A stretch of DNA of 46,979 bases from assembly GCA_027297425.1 (NCBI GenBank), contig JAPUIC010000121.1:1-46979 (forward strand), in the 5' to 3' direction. The DNA is from Nitrososphaerota archaeon. GTDB taxonomy: Archaea > Thermoproteota > Nitrososphaeria > Nitrososphaerales > JAPUIC01. This document shows positions 44,215 to 46,979 of the stretch, piece after piece. The position numbers and the translations under genes are program-made. The notes beneath the pieces were generated by a model, which did no database searches, was not told where the DNA came from, and was given only the letters and a program-made list of their open reading frames with translations. Position 1 is the first letter of the stretch. Each line of letters begins with the position of its first letter.

Positions 44215-44511
44215 TTAGAGATAGCCAACTTTCTTTAGAAACTCTAGGATATGCTCTACTTGCGGATGTTTTGTATTTAACCTGTATTTTTTTGTCAAAC
44301 TATTCAGCTCTTCTACCCAACCAAGGCGCACCAGCTTCTCAAGGTCTGACTTGAGGTACGAATGTCGAATACCGGTCTTTCGTCCCAAAGCATAACGACT
44401 ATAGAGTTCCATCGGTGAAGAAGCAAGAGTGCCTACTATTCTGATCCTACCCTTACTACCAATTGCCTCTTCAATCTGTGTCCTGACCGCTTTCTTATCC
44501 AGATAGCTCAT
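44215..44511 (-). CDS. Small winged-helix DNA-binding protein, overlapping the priL stop
   Basis: 98-aa ORF. wHTH-like RYALGRKTGIRHSYLKSDLEKLVRLGWVEE. 4-nt overlap with priL (44508-44511). Confidence 0.45.
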   Translation of the reverse strand: MSYLDKKAVRTQIEEAIGSKGRIRIVGTLASSPMELYSRYALGRKTGIRHSYLKSDLEKLVRLGWVEELNSLTKKYRLNTKHPQVEHILEFLKKVGYL

Positions 44512-45560
44512 ATTTTGGCCTTCAACTGATTACTCTTGGTTACTTTATCCTTGCCTTTTGCACGCCTTCCGTATTGTATCGGGTTTCTAATACCAAAGCA
44601 GTTCTTGGGATCTCGAAAGCATAGATTGTTGGTTGCCAGCGTCTTACAAGATGGAGAATTATATTTCGTTCTACCGCCACGTAAACCGGCGAGATGCTCC
44701 ACTTGATACCTGCTAACCCGAGGGTTCCAGTCTGGAGCATTATGATACATGTCTATCACTTCGTCTACATTCTTTCCGATTTTTAACATGTAAGTCGCTA
44801 GGAACAATCTACCCATATGATGAAGGTTTTCTCCTTTAGATAGTATTTCGACGCAATGATTAATGCAGGGTGGATACCCAATAGAAGGTGCGCCGATGGT
44901 TTCCATGATAACGGGAGGGGGAGTTTCCTGGATTATTTCTTGAACTATGATAGATAGTTTTTCTGGAAGTTTAATCGGACCAATATTCTTCAACCGTTTC
45001 TCGATAATATCCCTGATCTCCTCGCGAACAAGTCTTACCACATCCGTTTTCCGCAGATAAACTCGACCTCCGGATACCACGTGGTTTATCAATTTCCATT
45101 CAGGTGTGTGGAAGTGCACGGATCTGATCAGAAAATCCTCTACATTCACTGTGTAGTCGAGTCCCTTATACCGGTCGCCCCCATCATATACTGGAAAGCT
45201 AAGAATAGAATCGAAGATTCGTTTAAGAACTTCTCTTGATTCTCTCTCCAGAAATCCCTCTACCTTTTTTGCTTCTGAGAGAGAATACCTACGCATAAGG
45301 TGATCTAGTCCTGAAGCTTTCACTAATGCCATCGAAAGCGGAAAAGAGAGTATCTCGACGTCCGGTTGATGATTCATACTAGAGATATTTCGCTTCCCGA
45401 AGGATTCTTCAACCCTTTCTCTAGCCCGGTCGACTACAGCTTTGAAGTCTGGCTTCTCCAAGTCCTGGAGACTAACATCTAGAGCCTTCACACGATCCCC
45501 GGCTTCTTGAACGAACGGGTACTTCGCTAGATCGTCGAGTCCAAACCCAGGTGAGTCCAT
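44508..45560 (-). CDS. priL: DNA primase large subunit PriL
   Basis: 350-aa ORF. Fe-S domain motifs YPPCINHC, HHMGRLFLATYMLKIG, VEHLAGLRGGRTKYNSPSCKTLATNNLCF. Confidence 0.8.
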   Translation of the reverse strand: MDSPGFGLDDLAKYPFVQEAGDRVKALDVSLQDLEKPDFKAVVDRARERVEESFGKRNISSMNHQPDVEILSFPLSMALVKASGLDHLMRRYSLSEAKKVEGFLERESREVLKRIFDSILSFPVYDGGDRYKGLDYTVNVEDFLIRSVHFHTPEWKLINHVVSGGRVYLRKTDVVRLVREEIRDIIEKRLKNIGPIKLPEKLSIIVQEIIQETPPPVIMETIGAPSIGYPPCINHCVEILSKGENLHHMGRLFLATYMLKIGKNVDEVIDMYHNAPDWNPRVSRYQVEHLAGLRGGRTKYNSPSCKTLATNNLCFRDPKNCFGIRNPIQYGRRAKGKDKVTKSNQLKAKI

Positions 45561-45770
45561 GATATTGATATTAAGCTACTTTTTGCATTTATTTTTTTCC
45601 ACTTATAGGAAATGAATTGGTTGATTCTCCAAATAAGTGATGAGGGAATTTTAGGAAGTGTATATCTGGTGTGAATACAAGATACGTATCAACTGGGATT
45701 CACGCTAAAGAACCAAGGAGAAAGAGTCTAGCTAGATTTATAGAGTCGGGTTATTTCGGTATAGGAGCTT

Positions 45771-45965
45771 ATGCCGAAAGAGGTCTTGGACATAGAGGAA
45801 TTTAGGAAGGTTATACCCTTTGCTACTGAATGTAGAGTGGTTCGCTCAGGCGAAACCGTGAAAGTAAAATTACGATTAAAGAGATTGCTTTATGTTTACA
45901 AGACCAATACTAAAGATGTAGATGAGCTGCTAAAGGAAATTAAGACGGATATAATAGAAATTTAG
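45771..45965 (+). CDS. rpl38e: Ribosomal protein eL38 (L38e), tentative
   Basis: 64-aa ORF. MPKEVLDIEEFRKV ... VKVKLRLKRLLYVYKTNTKDVDELLKEI parallels the eukaryotic eL38 pattern (MP..i.eik.F ... vKFKvRcsryLYTLvi.d.eKaekLkqsL). Confidence 0.55.
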   Translation: MPKEVLDIEEFRKVIPFATECRVVRSGETVKVKLRLKRLLYVYKTNTKDVDELLKEIKTDIIEI

Positions 45966-45966
45966 G

Positions 45967-46839
45967 CTATAATAAGAACGGAGTGAGAGCAACCAGGCCA
46001 AGAATCATAGGTAGTGGGAGGCCTGGTAGTGCTTTACCTCTTTTAAGAGCAATAAGAGTGAAGATAACACCAATATTAGTACCTAAGAGGACAATTAGGA
46101 ACGCCTCTATCCCCGAAATCATTAACCCGGCGGAAGGTAGTAAAGAGTAGAAGACTAAGTCGCCTATACCCATTTCCACACTTCCCACCTTTAGAGATAA
46201 TGGAGCAAGTATCCTAGCCTCAGGAAAAGCTAAAAGCGTCCTCAGAGGGCCCCTAGTCACAGCATAGATGTCGTAAATAGCGAAGATAAGTGGAAGGATC
46301 AAGATTGTAGGAAAAGTCAGAGTGAGGCTTAACATTACTGCAATCTCTGAAGATATTATCATTGAGGTAATCGAAGATGTAAATTTGAAGCGGGTGTTGT
46401 AAGCCCCGTAAGCACCTAGTGAAGCAACAGTAACCCCCATGATCAGTGCAACGATGATAGCGTAACCCATCAGTAAATCAGAGAGGAGAGCCTCGGCTAG
46501 GAAAGTTGTAAAAATAAGGGCGGCAAATGATAATACGCCTATCAGCATATTTCGCAGAAACGAGATCTGTTTTCTCTTCAGAAAGATGATTAAGATCATA
46601 GTCATACCAACTACACCGGTGAGGAAAAATAACGAATTGAAAATTGAAGCAGTAAATCCGCTCCCGAATGGCTCATATAATCCAACGTTAAGTGAAGAAG
46701 GCGTTCCTGAAAGTAGAATTAGCGTCATTACTTGGACGATAGTTATCGCTGTAAGAGGAAAAAAGAGAAGAGATCTTGAACTAATATCTTTCTTTGTAGA
46801 TCGCCCATCGGCTGGGTTCTTAGAAGTATTGTCTCCCAT
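45967..46839 (-). CDS. Presenilin / signal-peptide-peptidase-like GxGD intramembrane aspartyl protease
   Basis: 290-aa ORF with ~8-9 TM helices. YD motif FAIYDIYAV, GxGD motif MGIGDLVFYS, and a downstream PAL-like KALPGLPLP. Confidence 0.65.
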   Translation of the reverse strand: MGDNTSKNPADGRSTKKDISSRSLLFFPLTAITIVQVMTLILLSGTPSSLNVGLYEPFGSGFTASIFNSLFFLTGVVGMTMILIIFLKRKQISFLRNMLIGVLSFAALIFTTFLAEALLSDLLMGYAIIVALIMGVTVASLGAYGAYNTRFKFTSSITSMIISSEIAVMLSLTLTFPTILILPLIFAIYDIYAVTRGPLRTLLAFPEARILAPLSLKVGSVEMGIGDLVFYSLLPSAGLMISGIEAFLIVLLGTNIGVIFTLIALKRGKALPGLPLPMILGLVALTPFLL

Positions 46840-46889
46840 AACAAATTAACTTTGAAAAGATTAGGATGGTTAGCAGGTCGTCTCTGAAT

Positions 46890-46979
46890 TTACTTTACGA
46901 CGAAGGATTCCCCTGCTTTAGGAGCAACCGCATCAAACCCAAATTTGGTCTTAATTTCTTCAGAGAATTTTACACAGTT
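46890..46979 (-). CDS. 3' end of an unidentified CDS running off the window
   Basis: Hand-translated open frame to the window edge: ...NCVKFSEEIKTKFGFDAVAPKAGESFVVK, stop at 46890-46892. Too short to identify. Confidence 0.25.
   Translation of the reverse strand, partial: NCVKFSEEIKTKFGFDAVAPKAGESFVVK

Noticed and set aside
45637-45703. C/D box sRNA candidate starting at GTGATGA (45637-45643).
   Set aside because: There is no CTGA D or D' box at appropriate spacing (only CTGG at 45666 and 45693), no convincing C' box and no terminal stem.
1-46979. Search for CRISPR arrays, tandem repeats, transposases or integrases, toxin-antitoxin pairs and known defence-system genes.
   Set aside because: Reading both strands, I saw none. 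Every long ORF is either a recognisable housekeeping gene or a small hypothetical without defence-type domains.

Overview
Archaeal core-genome window, TACK-type and probably Nitrososphaerota/Thaumarchaeota-like, judged from an unsplit rpoA, eL13/eL38/eS30, class I LysRS and intron-rich tRNAs. It is densely coding on both strands. I saw no rRNA, CRISPR array, transposase, integrase or recognisable defence genes. Contents: ABCE1; a wHTH regulator divergent from an hsp20-cdc48 pair; class I LysRS; a heme-copper oxidase cluster (coxC, small TM protein, coxB, coxA, putative assembly protein); Orc1/Cdc6; a ThDP enzyme plus AMP-forming CoA ligase pair; Ogg; ThrRS; GlyRS; pyrD-pyrK; r-proteins eL13, eS30 (58 aa, absent from the ORF track), eS8, eL30 and eL38; SRP19; an LSm protein; the rpoH-rpoB-rpoA-rpl30e-nusA cluster; ilvE; an aminotransferase; cobO; PriL; and a presenilin-like protease. 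I did not find a convincing novel multi-gene system. The most unusual signal is in the RNA genes. All four tRNA genes (Arg-GCG, Tyr-GUA, Lys-UUU, Asp-GUC) fold only if several non-canonical introns are removed. The 191-nt tRNA-Tyr seems to need four introns, and the tRNA-Asp has an intron in the 3' acceptor strand. Secondary observations: a Phr-like heat-shock divergon, shared palindromic TATA boxes at divergent gene pairs, a small AN1/HIT-like zinc-finger protein, a GC-rich possibly structured intergenic region, and a short CoxB with a coupled small TM protein. All functional calls rest on motifs read by eye, with no database search.
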